From positions 472 through 64,471 of the forward strand of contig JACOTW010000003.1 in the NCBI GenBank assembly GCA_016178135.1: DNA of 64,000 nucleotides. Direction: 5' to 3'. This DNA comes from Candidatus Saccharimonadota bacterium. Lineage in GTDB: Bacteria; Patescibacteriota; Saccharimonadia; Saccharimonadales; JACOTW01. The translations under genes were made by a program, and so were the position numbers. Each line of letters starts with the position of its first letter. Positions within the stretch are counted from its first letter, which is position 1. Positions 25,538 through 33,933 of the stretch are shown here, in pieces. The notes below the pieces were generated by a model. It was not told the DNA's origin, did not search any database, and was given only the letters and a program-made list of their open reading frames with translations.

Positions 25538-27367
25538 ATGATGTTGAAGCAGCAGGAGAAAAAACGTGAAATTATTGATGTTGTCGCACGACTGTTGAGC
25601 TCGCGAAAATTTTTCTATATAACGATTGTTTTTTTTGTTTTTCAGGCAGCCTGGATAGCTTTGTCCGGACTTTATCCTATGGCTTTTGATGAGAATACTC
25701 ATCTTGGAATTATCAGGATATATGCTAATCATCTTTCACCTTTTTGGTCGAGACAGCCGGAAGGTACTGTTGTGTTAGGGGCTATTACTCGCGATCCCTC
25801 GTATTTTTACCATTACATTATGAGTTTTCCGTATAGGCTGATTGATGATGTTTTTCGCACGGAAATGTCCCAAGTGTTGGTACTTAGATTTATTAGTATA
25901 GTCTTTTTTGTTTGTGGCCTATTGCTTTATCGTCGGGTTCTCAAATACAGCAAAGCATCAGATCTAACTGTCAATGTCGTAATGGCGCTTTTGGTATTAA
26001 CGCCGGTTGTGCCATTTTTGGCTGCTCAAATCAATTACGACAATTTGATATTTGCACTTTGCGGACTGATTATCTTGCTAACATTGCAAATATCGGAAAG
26101 ACTTAACTGGACTTACGCGAAATCGCTCGTTCCTGGGGATAATCAGCTCGAGCGAGAACAGTCTCATCTGAAAGAGAAGCGCGTAAAGGTGCATCGAAAG
26201 AGAGAAAACTGTTTGCAGCCGAGGTTAGTCGGTCTGGGGATGAGGGAGCTTGCGACAGATCCAGTTGAACAGGGTCAAATTGACGCCAAACGAATCCTAT
26301 TGGTAATTATAGTTGGCTTGTTTGCCAGTATTGTGAAATATGCGTTTTTGCCAATTTTTATTGCAGTTTTAGTATGGTTAAGTTTTGATTTGAAGAAATA
26401 TGGTGGTGGTGCGATATTTAGACTGTTTGTGAATTCTTTTCGGAAGATTGTATGGCCAGTCAAAACCATACTTGTCATATTATTGATTATTGGAGCCGGA
26501 TTATTTACGGAACGCTACGGCATAAATACGCTACGCTACCATACGCCCACACCGGAATGCGACCAAGTTCTAAGTATTGAACAGTGCTTAGAATACGGAC
26601 CGTGGAGACGAAATTATCTCACCCATCAAGACAAAATCAACGGAAAACTTACTGTCAATAATGCTAGTGACCCTATTTCTTATACACTCAAAACATGGGC
26701 TGAAACAATGGTTTATAAATTGTTTTTTGTGAGTAATGGGCCGGCGAGTCAGTTTTGGATTGGTAATCCACTACCTGTACCGCTTGCTTTAGCCACGGGG
26801 TTTGGGATTGTTGGGGTTCTCTTGGCTTTGTGCTGGCAGAGAGAGTTACGCAAAAAATATAAACTGGGTCTTTTTGGTTTATTGACGGGTGTTTATGTAA
26901 TGGTTTTATGGGGTCAGAATTACATGGATTTTTTGCATATTGGTTATCCGTTTGCTATACAAGGACGATATTTGCTACCTATTTTGCCATTCGTATATCT
27001 TATATTAGTTCTAGCTATGAAGGCTCAACGACACACGAGTTTCGCACTTAGCCATTGCCCCAGATCACACCTGAACGGCTACAAACTTCCATCCCTCACT
27101 CAGCATAACTACAGTTATGCCTCCCTCGGATTAAAAGTTTTCGCTTGTTCAGTTGCAACCTGGCATCAACGGCTAAGTGCGAAACTCGTGCGACAGCTAA
27201 AAATAGGATTGGCGGTTACGATTTTGTTTATTTTGTTTATTCAGGGCGGTGGTCTGGTAACTTATATTGTTCGGAGTGACCAAACATGGTATTGGCCCAA
27301 TCAAACGATCGTGAATATCAATGATACCGCCCGCAAAATTCTTAAAACGTTTATTATTGGTTCTTGA
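25538..27367 (+). CDS. Large polytopic membrane protein, possible GT-C-fold glycosyltransferase (Pmt/ArnT-like); carries in-frame repeat insertions
   Basis: >12 predicted TM helices; first-loop AFDENTH (DE-type motif); adjacency to GT2 Ppm-like gene. Confidence 0.35.
   Translation: MMLKQQEKKREIIDVVARLLSSRKFFYITIVFFVFQAAWIALSGLYPMAFDENTHLGIIRIYANHLSPFWSRQPEGTVVLGAITRDPSYFYHYIMSFPYRLIDDVFRTEMSQVLVLRFISIVFFVCGLLLYRRVLKYSKASDLTVNVVMALLVLTPVVPFLAAQINYDNLIFALCGLIILLTLQISERLNWTYAKSLVPGDNQLEREQSHLKEKRVKVHRKRENCLQPRLVGLGMRELATDPVEQGQIDAKRILLVIIVGLFASIVKYAFLPIFIAVLVWLSFDLKKYGGGAIFRLFVNSFRKIVWPVKTILVILLIIGAGLFTERYGINTLRYHTPTPECDQVLSIEQCLEYGPWRRNYLTHQDKINGKLTVNNASDPISYTLKTWAETMVYKLFFVSNGPASQFWIGNPLPVPLALATGFGIVGVLLALCWQRELRKKYKLGLFGLLTGVYVMVLWGQNYMDFLHIGYPFAIQGRYLLPILPFVYLILVLAMKAQRHTSFALSHCPRSHLNGYKLPSLTQHNYSYASLGLKVFACSVATWHQRLSAKLVRQLKIGLAVTILFILFIQGGGLVTYIVRSDQTWYWPNQTIVNINDTARKILKTFIIGS
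26105..26265. repeat. MITE-like repeat (orientation A, diverged) in-frame inside membrane-protein ORF (read in a third frame)
   Basis: actggacttacgcgaaatcgctcgttcctggggataatcagctcgagcgagaacagtctc...ggtctggggatgagggagcttgcgacagatccagt. Confidence 0.85.
27034..27190. repeat. Variant palindromic element with 24-bp perfect terminal IR (cacgagtttcgcacttagccattg / caatggctaagtgcgaaactcgtg) and MITE-like core; in-frame in the same ORF
   Basis: IR read directly; core ggctacaaac...aaaagttttcgct resembles MITE interior; the right arm recurs inside the mosaic copy at 45301-45452. Confidence 0.7.
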
Positions 27368-28298
27368 GGTATGATCGTTTGGCGAGTTCCAATTGGTCTT
27401 CGGCAAGAATTCGGTTGGTTCTGGTGAGATCTGCCAAGACTCCTAGTACAAATGCCAAAAAAGCCCCAATCAATAATATGGCACCAAGAACTAATGATTG
27501 CAGATGGCTACCTGGTCGACTATCAATCATAAACCATACGTAACGAATGAATGGAATAAGTCCCAGGGCTAACAGTGTGCCACCTAGACTAAGGAACACT
27601 GCATACGGCCTATACATTGTGTAGGCTCGAATGATTGCCATCGCGGACTGAAAGACGTGCTCCCGCGTAGACTTAAACAGACGTGATTCGCGAGTTTTCG
27701 GATTGGTCGTAATAGGTATGGAGGTGATTGCCAGCTGTTTATTGCCGGCTTGAATTATGGTCTCCATGCAGTAGCTGAATCTTGTTATGGTGTTGAGTTT
27801 TATAATTGCTTCGCGTGAATATGCTCTAAAGCCGCTGGCAGCATCGGGTATGTCAGTTCCGGCAGCAATGTTGACGATTCGACTCCCCAGTTTTTGTAAG
27901 ATTTTTTTAAAAGGCGAAAAATGTGCAATGCGATCTGTTTGGCGATTTGCTACGACGATATCTGCTCGTCCTTCGATAATTGGTTGTATAAGGTTTCCGA
28001 TTTCGCCACTTGGGTATTGGTTGTCCCCATCGGTGTTAACCACGATATCTGCGCCCATTTCCAAGGCTTTTAGAACGCCATCGTGAAATGATTGTCCAAG
28101 TCCCATATTGCGCGTGTGCCGTACAAAGTGGTTGATGCCTAGTTGCCGAGCAACCTTGATGGTGTCATCAGTTGAGCCGTCATCAATAATCAATATTTCA
28201 ATTGTATCAATTCCTGCGATTTTTTTAGGTATGTCGTGCAGAACAAGCGACAGTGTTTTTGCCTCATTAAGACAGGGAATTTGAATAACTAATTTCAT
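27354..28298 (-). CDS. GT2 glycosyltransferase, polyprenol-phosphate mannose/glucose synthase-like (DPM1/Ppm1-type) with C-terminal TM helices
   Basis: IPCLNEAKTL...IIDDGSTDDT...VNTDGDNQYP motifs (DxD, GT-A fold). Confidence 0.75.
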   Translation of the reverse strand: MKLVIQIPCLNEAKTLSLVLHDIPKKIAGIDTIEILIIDDGSTDDTIKVARQLGINHFVRHTRNMGLGQSFHDGVLKALEMGADIVVNTDGDNQYPSGEIGNLIQPIIEGRADIVVANRQTDRIAHFSPFKKILQKLGSRIVNIAAGTDIPDAASGFRAYSREAIIKLNTITRFSYCMETIIQAGNKQLAITSIPITTNPKTRESRLFKSTREHVFQSAMAIIRAYTMYRPYAVFLSLGGTLLALGLIPFIRYVWFMIDSRPGSHLQSLVLGAILLIGAFLAFVLGVLADLTRTNRILAEDQLELAKRSYLKNQ

Positions 28299-28336
28299 TT
28301 ATAACTTTCTTTGGAGTGATGTACTCGATCTGGTTT

Positions 28337-28410
28337 GGCTTCGGGACTAGGATTCGAACCTAGATTGCTGGGACCAGAACCCAGTGTCCTACCGTTAGAC
28401 GATCCCGAAT
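28337..28410 (-). tRNA. tRNA-Gln (anticodon CUG), CCA encoded
   Basis: Reverse complement folds as cloverleaf: acceptor ttcggga/tcccgaa, D gtct/ggac, anticodon stem ctggg/cccag with loop ttCTGgt, T-arm ctagg-ttcgaat-cctag, discriminator G, CCA. Confidence 0.85.
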
Positions 28411-28413
28411 GAT

Positions 28414-28624
28414 TCATTCGACCTAAAAACTCCTCCATACCTAGACCGAATCCCATCGGTTATACCGGACTGACGAAAAACTCCCCCATCCCCAGACCAA
28501 CTAATCTCGGCTGATAGCGGTCTGTCTTCTCTCGATGTAGCTAAGGCTACCTCTCCTTCAGTCAAACCACTCCCAACTCGAGCTGATTTGCCCTGGGAAC
28601 GGGCGATTTTGCGACAGGTCCAGT
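28414..28624. repeat. Partial MITE fragment (28414-28469) followed by full MITE-like copy (orientation B, 28470-28624)
   Basis: …aaaaactcccccatccccagaccaactaatctcggctgatagcggtctg…gatgtagctaaggctacctc…cctgggaacgggcgattttgcgacaggtccagt. Confidence 0.9.
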
Positions 28625-28686
28625 ATAAACAATTTATCTTACATGGAAACTATTATTCCCCATTGTCGAAGATTTTAACAGATTAG

Positions 28687-29865
28687 CTAAAACAAGTCTA
28701 AGCCGTTTATTTCTGGGGGTAAAAAACCTTCGGGGTGTTTGAAGCCGGCTTTCCATTTAGTACCTTTGCCATAGCCCAGATCTTTCATGAGTTGGGTAGG
28801 TGCGTTGCGGAGATGAATTGGTACAGGAAGGTTGGGGTAATTTTTGGCGGTCTCTATGGCTTTATACATGGCGTTAGCTACGGCTCGTGACTTTTCACAT
28901 TTAGCAAGTACGGTAGCGCAGTGAAACAGATTGAATTGACATTCCGGCAAGCCAGTGCGTTCGACTGCCAAAAAAGTTGAAACAGCCAGATTCAAGGCTG
29001 CCGGTGCGGCAATACCGATGTCTTCGCTGGCGAAAATTACCATGCGTCTAGCGATAAATTTTGGATCTTCACCAGCTTGTATCATTCGTGCCATGTAGTA
29101 AAGGGCGGCATTAGGGTCATTGCCACGCAATGATTTTATAAAGGCACTGATTATGTTGTAGTGATTTTCTCCTTGCTTGTCATAGTCTGGAGCGCGCTTC
29201 TGAGCGGCCATAACTACTACTTCTGGTGTAATTGTGCCGTTGGTTAAACTTAATGCTAGCTCCAGATTGCCTAGGGCAATGCGGGCATCGCCACCCGATA
29301 GCTCGGCTATTAGATCAATACTGCGAATGGGTAAGCGTTTGGCAGTGATTTTTTCTGTCTTGGTGGCTTGTTTGATGATTTTAATAATTTCGGTTTTATC
29401 CAGAGGGTTTAATACTAGTACGCGCGAGCGACTAAGTAATGGTGCGATAACCTCGAAGCTGGGATTTTCAGTTGTTGCACCGATTAGTATTATGGTACCA
29501 GTTTCTACATGGGGTAAAAAGGCATCTTGTTGGGTTTTGTTGAAGCGATGAATCTCATCTACGAATAAAATAGTGCGTATACCCAGCCGCTGATTTTGTT
29601 GAGCACGATCAATAACCTTTGTTATGTCAGCTTTGCCGGAGGTTACGGCACTAAGTTCGGTGAATTCGACATCCAGCTCATTGGCCAGTATGCGAGCCAG
29701 GGTGGTTTTGCCAGAGCCAGGCGGTCCCCAGAGAATCAGGCTTGCGGGCTTATTTTTGGTAATAATTTCATGAACTATAGCCCCAGGAGCCAATAAGTGC
29801 TCCTGGCCGACCATCTGCTTTAATTTATCCGGCCGCATTCGTTCGGCCAACGGTCTTCTGTCCAC
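28687..29865 (-). CDS. rarA: Replication-associated recombination protein A (AAA+ ATPase RarA/MgsA)
   Basis: Walker A GPPGSGKTT, Walker B ILFVDEIHRFNK, sensor/arginine-finger region, C-terminal MgsA helical domain. Confidence 0.9.
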   Translation of the reverse strand: MDRRPLAERMRPDKLKQMVGQEHLLAPGAIVHEIITKNKPASLILWGPPGSGKTTLARILANELDVEFTELSAVTSGKADITKVIDRAQQNQRLGIRTILFVDEIHRFNKTQQDAFLPHVETGTIILIGATTENPSFEVIAPLLSRSRVLVLNPLDKTEIIKIIKQATKTEKITAKRLPIRSIDLIAELSGGDARIALGNLELALSLTNGTITPEVVVMAAQKRAPDYDKQGENHYNIISAFIKSLRGNDPNAALYYMARMIQAGEDPKFIARRMVIFASEDIGIAAPAALNLAVSTFLAVERTGLPECQFNLFHCATVLAKCEKSRAVANAMYKAIETAKNYPNLPVPIHLRNAPTQLMKDLGYGKGTKWKAGFKHPEGFLPPEINGLDLF

Positions 29866-29908
29866 CCTAACAGTATACCGGTTTTACTTAATACAACTAA
29901 AGTCCTGT

Positions 29909-30121
29909 CTACTCACCACCTTTTTGGACATAACCCTTCACAAACTCTTCAGCATTTTCTTCTAGTACTTCATCAATCTCATCCAGTAAACCGTCAAGTT
30001 CTTCTTTAATACCGGCACCCTTTGTGGCTGTTTCACCAACGCTATGCACTTGGTCTTCATTGGTTTCCTCTTCTCTACGGCGCTCTGGTGTTGGTACTCG
30101 TTTTTGTATACGTTCTGCCAT
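29909..30121 (-). CDS. pup: Prokaryotic ubiquitin-like protein Pup homolog (70 aa) ending in GGE
   Basis: C-terminal LLDEIDEVLEENAEEFVKGYVQKGGE aligns almost residue-for-residue with mycobacterial Pup (LLDEIDDVLEENAEDFVRAYVQKGGQ); strong RBS GGGAGG. Confidence 0.8.
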   Translation of the reverse strand: MAERIQKRVPTPERRREEETNEDQVHSVGETATKGAGIKEELDGLLDEIDEVLEENAEEFVKGYVQKGGE

Positions 30122-30248
30122 AGTTTGAGCCTCCCTTATGTTTATGAATCCAAAACCAGTATAACACCAGTTTCACACTTTTTCATTTGCCCGCGATTGG
30201 CAACGCGCATGTATAATACATAATATATATAAAAAAAAGGGGGGACAT

Positions 30249-30881
30249 GTGGCTGACCTAAAAGTAACCAAAACAGGAGTTAATTCAAAAATGATACAAA
30301 TTGGTAGCAAGAAATTGATGCTGGCATCACTAGTATTAATCTTGACTATAGCGATTGGTGGTGGTGCCTACTGGTGGCGTGATAAACAGGCCAAAGACGA
30401 TCGAGCTAAAAATGATAATGAAATTGTACAATTGCGACAAAAAGTGGCCAACCTAGAAAAACAACTAATTGATTCTAAGGCTAAATTGGCTACGGAGAAG
30501 CCAGTCGTTACAAATACAGCCCTTAATCAGGCCATGATAGACAATGTCAAAGCCGTTTTTGCTACCGGTAACACGCAGCCACTGGAGGGTTACATGACCG
30601 CCAAAGTAACGGTTATTATTGCTGCTTCAGAGGGTTTGGGTGAGCGTACTGCAGCGCAAGCGACCGCCGACATCACGTCCTATGTAGGTGGTGCCACTGA
30701 TGCTTGGAATTTTTCATTGCCGACAGCTACTATTAACGCCTACAAGAGTGGTGATTACGGCCAGTATTTTCCAGATGGTGCGTTGGTAGGTAAGTCAAAC
30801 AACATGGTTATTTCGTTTACGTTTAACGATGTGGGTAAAATTAGTACGGTTTTTATGACTAATAGTGCGCAACTTCTTTAA
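30249..30881 (+). CDS. Hypothetical membrane-anchored protein (single N-terminal TM, coiled-coil, extracytoplasmic domain); likelier start ATG 30291
   Basis: Hydrophobic LMLASLVLILTIAIGGGAYWW segment; RBS caggag before 30291. Confidence 0.4.
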   Translation: MADLKVTKTGVNSKMIQIGSKKLMLASLVLILTIAIGGGAYWWRDKQAKDDRAKNDNEIVQLRQKVANLEKQLIDSKAKLATEKPVVTNTALNQAMIDNVKAVFATGNTQPLEGYMTAKVTVIIAASEGLGERTAAQATADITSYVGGATDAWNFSLPTATINAYKSGDYGQYFPDGALVGKSNNMVISFTFNDVGKISTVFMTNSAQLL

Positions 30882-31259
30882 ATGATAAATATTGATGACC
30901 GGCAGTTTGAAGAATTCATAAATCAGGCAATGGACGAGTTGCCACGACAGTATATAGAGAAGCTGGACAATGTTGCTATTATTTATGAAGATGAGCCCAC
31001 TACTGAACAGCGACAGAAATTGCGTTTACGTTGTGATCAGGATTTATACGGCTTGTATGAAGGTATCCCCCTGACCAGACGTGGCGTTGGCTATAATCTG
31101 GTACTGCCAGATAAGATCACAATCTTCAAAAAAGCCATCTTGATGAGTGCCCATGACTTGCATCAGGTCAAAGCCCAAGTTAAACATACGTTGTGGCATG
31201 AAATCGCCCATTATTATGGTCTGGATCATGCTAGAATTCATTATTTGGAGCAAAAGTGA
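30882..31259 (+). CDS. Small HExxH zinc-metalloprotease-like protein (minimal MMP-like/COG3824-type)
   Basis: HEIAHYYGLDH motif near C-terminus. Confidence 0.45.
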   Translation: MINIDDRQFEEFINQAMDELPRQYIEKLDNVAIIYEDEPTTEQRQKLRLRCDQDLYGLYEGIPLTRRGVGYNLVLPDKITIFKKAILMSAHDLHQVKAQVKHTLWHEIAHYYGLDHARIHYLEQK

Positions 31260-31345
31260 TGGAGCAAAAGTGACACAAATCCTTAATTTGCTCATATAGC
31301 CATTCATCATGGAAACTTTTGTACTTTATAATAATTAGCGAGTAA

Positions 31346-31457
31346 ACTGGATTTGTCGCAAAATCGCTTGTTCCCAGAGCGAAAGTTCTATTTTATCTGA
31401 AGGTACATCGACCTGTTTGTCAGTTTGGGGATGATGGAATTTTGCGACAGGTCCAGT
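31346..31457. repeat. Shortened (~112 bp) MITE derivative (orientation A)
   Basis: actggatttgtcgcaaaatcgcttgttcccagagcgaaagttc...gtttggggatgatggaattttgcgacaggtccagt. Confidence 0.8.
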
Positions 31458-32251
31458 ACAATGTTCACAGTAATAGAAAGGCCTTCAAATTGGCAGATTA
31501 CAGACATGTTATTTTCTTTTCACTAGTTGGCGGAGTTTTTTCGTTAATCGGTGGAATTATATTATTGAGCAAAGAAAAATACGCCCAAGCATTAGCAAAA
31601 TACGCTACGCCGTTTGCGGCGGGGGCGTTATTGGCAGCTGTATTTTTGGATCTTATCAAAGAAGGTTTACAGGAATCCAATGCCAATACGGTGCTGACTT
31701 CGGCGTTGATTGGAATAGTAGTATTCTTTTTTGCGGAGCGGTTTTTGCATTGGTTTCACCACCATCATCAGCACGATGGCGCACCCGATGCCAGCGTTTC
31801 TTTGATAATTATTGGCGATACACTTCATAATGCGCTAGATGGGATAGCTATCGCGGCGGCATTTTTGGTCAGTATCCCAACTGGAATTGTTACGACATTT
31901 GCGGTGGCGGCCCATGAAATACCGCAGGAAATTGGTGATTTTGGCTTGTTATTACACAAGGGGCTGTCCCGAAAACGAGTGCTACTTGTCAATGTCTTGA
32001 GTGCCTTAGCAACTACCATGGCTGCCGTGCTGACGTTTTGGCTGGGCAGTGCTGACAGATTGCCGATAGGTGTTCTATTGGGACTGAGCGCCGGTCTATT
32101 GCTATACATTGCCATGAGCGATATTATCCCTGAAATCCATGAGCGATCAGACAACCAAAGACTGTTCGAGTGGCAACCGATTTTGCTCATGATTGGGGCA
32201 CTGGTTGTGGCCGTTTGCATCAATTTGGCACAACGATTTATTTCTGGATAG
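31442..32251 (+). CDS. ZIP-family divalent metal transporter (ZupT-like); start uncertain (possible TTG at 31442 or 31484)
   Basis: His-rich loop HHHHQHDG, HNALDG and HEIPQEIGDF ZIP signature helices. Confidence 0.75.
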   Translation: MRQVQYNVHSNRKAFKLADYRHVIFFSLVGGVFSLIGGIILLSKEKYAQALAKYATPFAAGALLAAVFLDLIKEGLQESNANTVLTSALIGIVVFFFAERFLHWFHHHHQHDGAPDASVSLIIIGDTLHNALDGIAIAAAFLVSIPTGIVTTFAVAAHEIPQEIGDFGLLLHKGLSRKRVLLVNVLSALATTMAAVLTFWLGSADRLPIGVLLGLSAGLLLYIAMSDIIPEIHERSDNQRLFEWQPILLMIGALVVAVCINLAQRFISG

Positions 32252-32266
32252 AGTACAATATTGTAG

Positions 32267-33343
32267 ATGATTGTAGTGGTTATTATTTTGGGGGTTTTGA
32301 ATGTGGGGTTATTGCTGTTTTTGATTGCTAAAAAGTCAAATGCTTCTGAAAGTGGTTCGGCGCAAATGCTCAAGGCTGATCTGACAGAGCTCAATAAAGG
32401 AGTTTTGGAATTAAAGGATTCTCTGAACGATAAAATTAGCGACAAGTTGGATAAAAGCCAAAAGCACATTAGTGATAGTATCCAGCGCCAGTTCGAACAA
32501 TCGGCCAAAATTATCACCGATATATCCGGTCGTTTGACTAAACTGGACGAGACAAACAAGCGGGTTGTAGATGTGGCGGATGAGCTAAAGAGCCTCCAAA
32601 ATGTGCTTCAAAATCCCAAACAGCGAGGAGTTTTGGGGGAGTTTTATCTAAAGCAAATACTCGAAAATATGTTACCGCCGGGGACTTTCGAATTGCAATA
32701 TCGCTTGGCGGAAGGGCTGGTGGTGGATGCCGTGATCAAGCTAGATGATAAGTTTTTGCCGATAGACAGCAAGTTTTCATTGGAAAATTACAACCGTTTA
32801 GTAGAAGCTAAGCCCGCCGAGCGTCCAGCGCTGGAAAAATTATTCAAAGAAGATCTCAAAAAACGTATTGATGAAACCGCCAAATATATTTTGCCCAAAA
32901 AAGGCACGCTGGAACAGGCGTTGATGTTTATCCCTAGCGAGGCAATTTATTATGATTTGTTGGCCAATAAGGTTGGAGTAGGTGGCGTGAACGGCCGGGA
33001 TTTGATGCATTATGCCGCCGTAGACAAGCGCGTAACGGTGGTTGGCCCGAGTACGTTATCCGCCATGTTGCAGATTGTTTCCCAGGGATTAAATAGTCTG
33101 GAAATTCAAAAAGACACCGAGCTCATCCGCAATAACGTCGAGCAATTGGGCAAACACCTTAAAAATGTCGACGGCTATTTTATCAGACTAGGCAATTCAC
33201 TCGGCGCGACTGTCGGGCATTTCAATAGCGCCCATAAAGAACTAGGCAAAGTCGATAAAGACGTGATAAAGATCAGTGGTGGCACAACACAAGTCGAACC
33301 CATTTTACTTGACCGACCAACTGTCGGGGAGGACATAGACTGA
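32267..33343 (+). CDS. rmuC: DNA recombination protein RmuC
   Basis: N-terminal TM + coiled-coil, RmuC core (…QRGVLGEFYLKQILENMLPPGTFELQY…). Confidence 0.8.
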   Translation: MIVVVIILGVLNVGLLLFLIAKKSNASESGSAQMLKADLTELNKGVLELKDSLNDKISDKLDKSQKHISDSIQRQFEQSAKIITDISGRLTKLDETNKRVVDVADELKSLQNVLQNPKQRGVLGEFYLKQILENMLPPGTFELQYRLAEGLVVDAVIKLDDKFLPIDSKFSLENYNRLVEAKPAERPALEKLFKEDLKKRIDETAKYILPKKGTLEQALMFIPSEAIYYDLLANKVGVGGVNGRDLMHYAAVDKRVTVVGPSTLSAMLQIVSQGLNSLEIQKDTELIRNNVEQLGKHLKNVDGYFIRLGNSLGATVGHFNSAHKELGKVDKDVIKISGGTTQVEPILLDRPTVGEDID

Positions 33344-33933
33344 TGAAAAACTGGACTATTGAAAAAGCATATCCGTACGTATTGCTCGTCACTGGGTTTT
33401 TGGGGCTAGTTGCTTCATTCATCCTGACCTATGACAAAATCATGATCCTGAAAGACCCTAATTTCATCCCTGACTGCAATATTAATCCAATTTTCAGCTG
33501 TGGTTCGGTCATGAGCAAGCCACAAGCTGAAGTATTCGGCATGCCCAACACGCTATTTGGGATAATCGCATTTAGCGTAATTGTAACCATAGCGGTCGCA
33601 ATGTTGTTCGGCGCAAAGTTTAAGCCGCTATTTTGGAAACTGCTTTTCGCTGGAACTTTGGCGGGGCTTGCTGGCGTTATCTATCTATTTTTCCAGGGGA
33701 TATACCGTATAAATGCCATTTGTCCTTATTGCGCTATGACCTGGGTCGTGGTCGTGGCGTTAGTCGTTTATACGTTTGTCTGGAATATAAAGCAAAAATA
33801 CATGACAGTGCCAAAAACTTTTGAGCAGTCGGCCAAGTTTGTTGTCCAAAACCACATCGGTGTCCTTGTGGTTATATATCTAATAATTCTTGGTTTAGTA
33901 TTGCAGCATTTTTGGTGGTATTTTGGTAGCTAG
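33343..33933 (+). CDS. Vitamin K epoxide reductase (VKOR) family membrane protein
   Basis: Loop cysteine pair CNINPIFSC and active-site CPYC in TM helix; ~5 TM helices. Confidence 0.7.
   Translation: MKNWTIEKAYPYVLLVTGFLGLVASFILTYDKIMILKDPNFIPDCNINPIFSCGSVMSKPQAEVFGMPNTLFGIIAFSVIVTIAVAMLFGAKFKPLFWKLLFAGTLAGLAGVIYLFFQGIYRINAICPYCAMTWVVVVALVVYTFVWNIKQKYMTVPKTFEQSAKFVVQNHIGVLVVIYLIILGLVLQHFWWYFGS

Noticed and set aside
28687-30121. A complete pupylation/proteasome locus around pup
   Set aside because: Neighbours are rarA and unrelated hypothetical genes. No PafA/Dop-like (glutamine-synthetase-like ligase) or proteasome subunit ORF occurs in the window, so only the modifier gene itself is called.
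30229-30244. A8G6 tract (aaaaaaaagggggg) upstream of the 30249 gene as a second phase-variable tract
   Set aside because: The G-run is only 6 and most likely forms the RBS for the GTG 30249 start. A better ATG start with its own RBS exists at 30291, so evidence for slippage control is weak.
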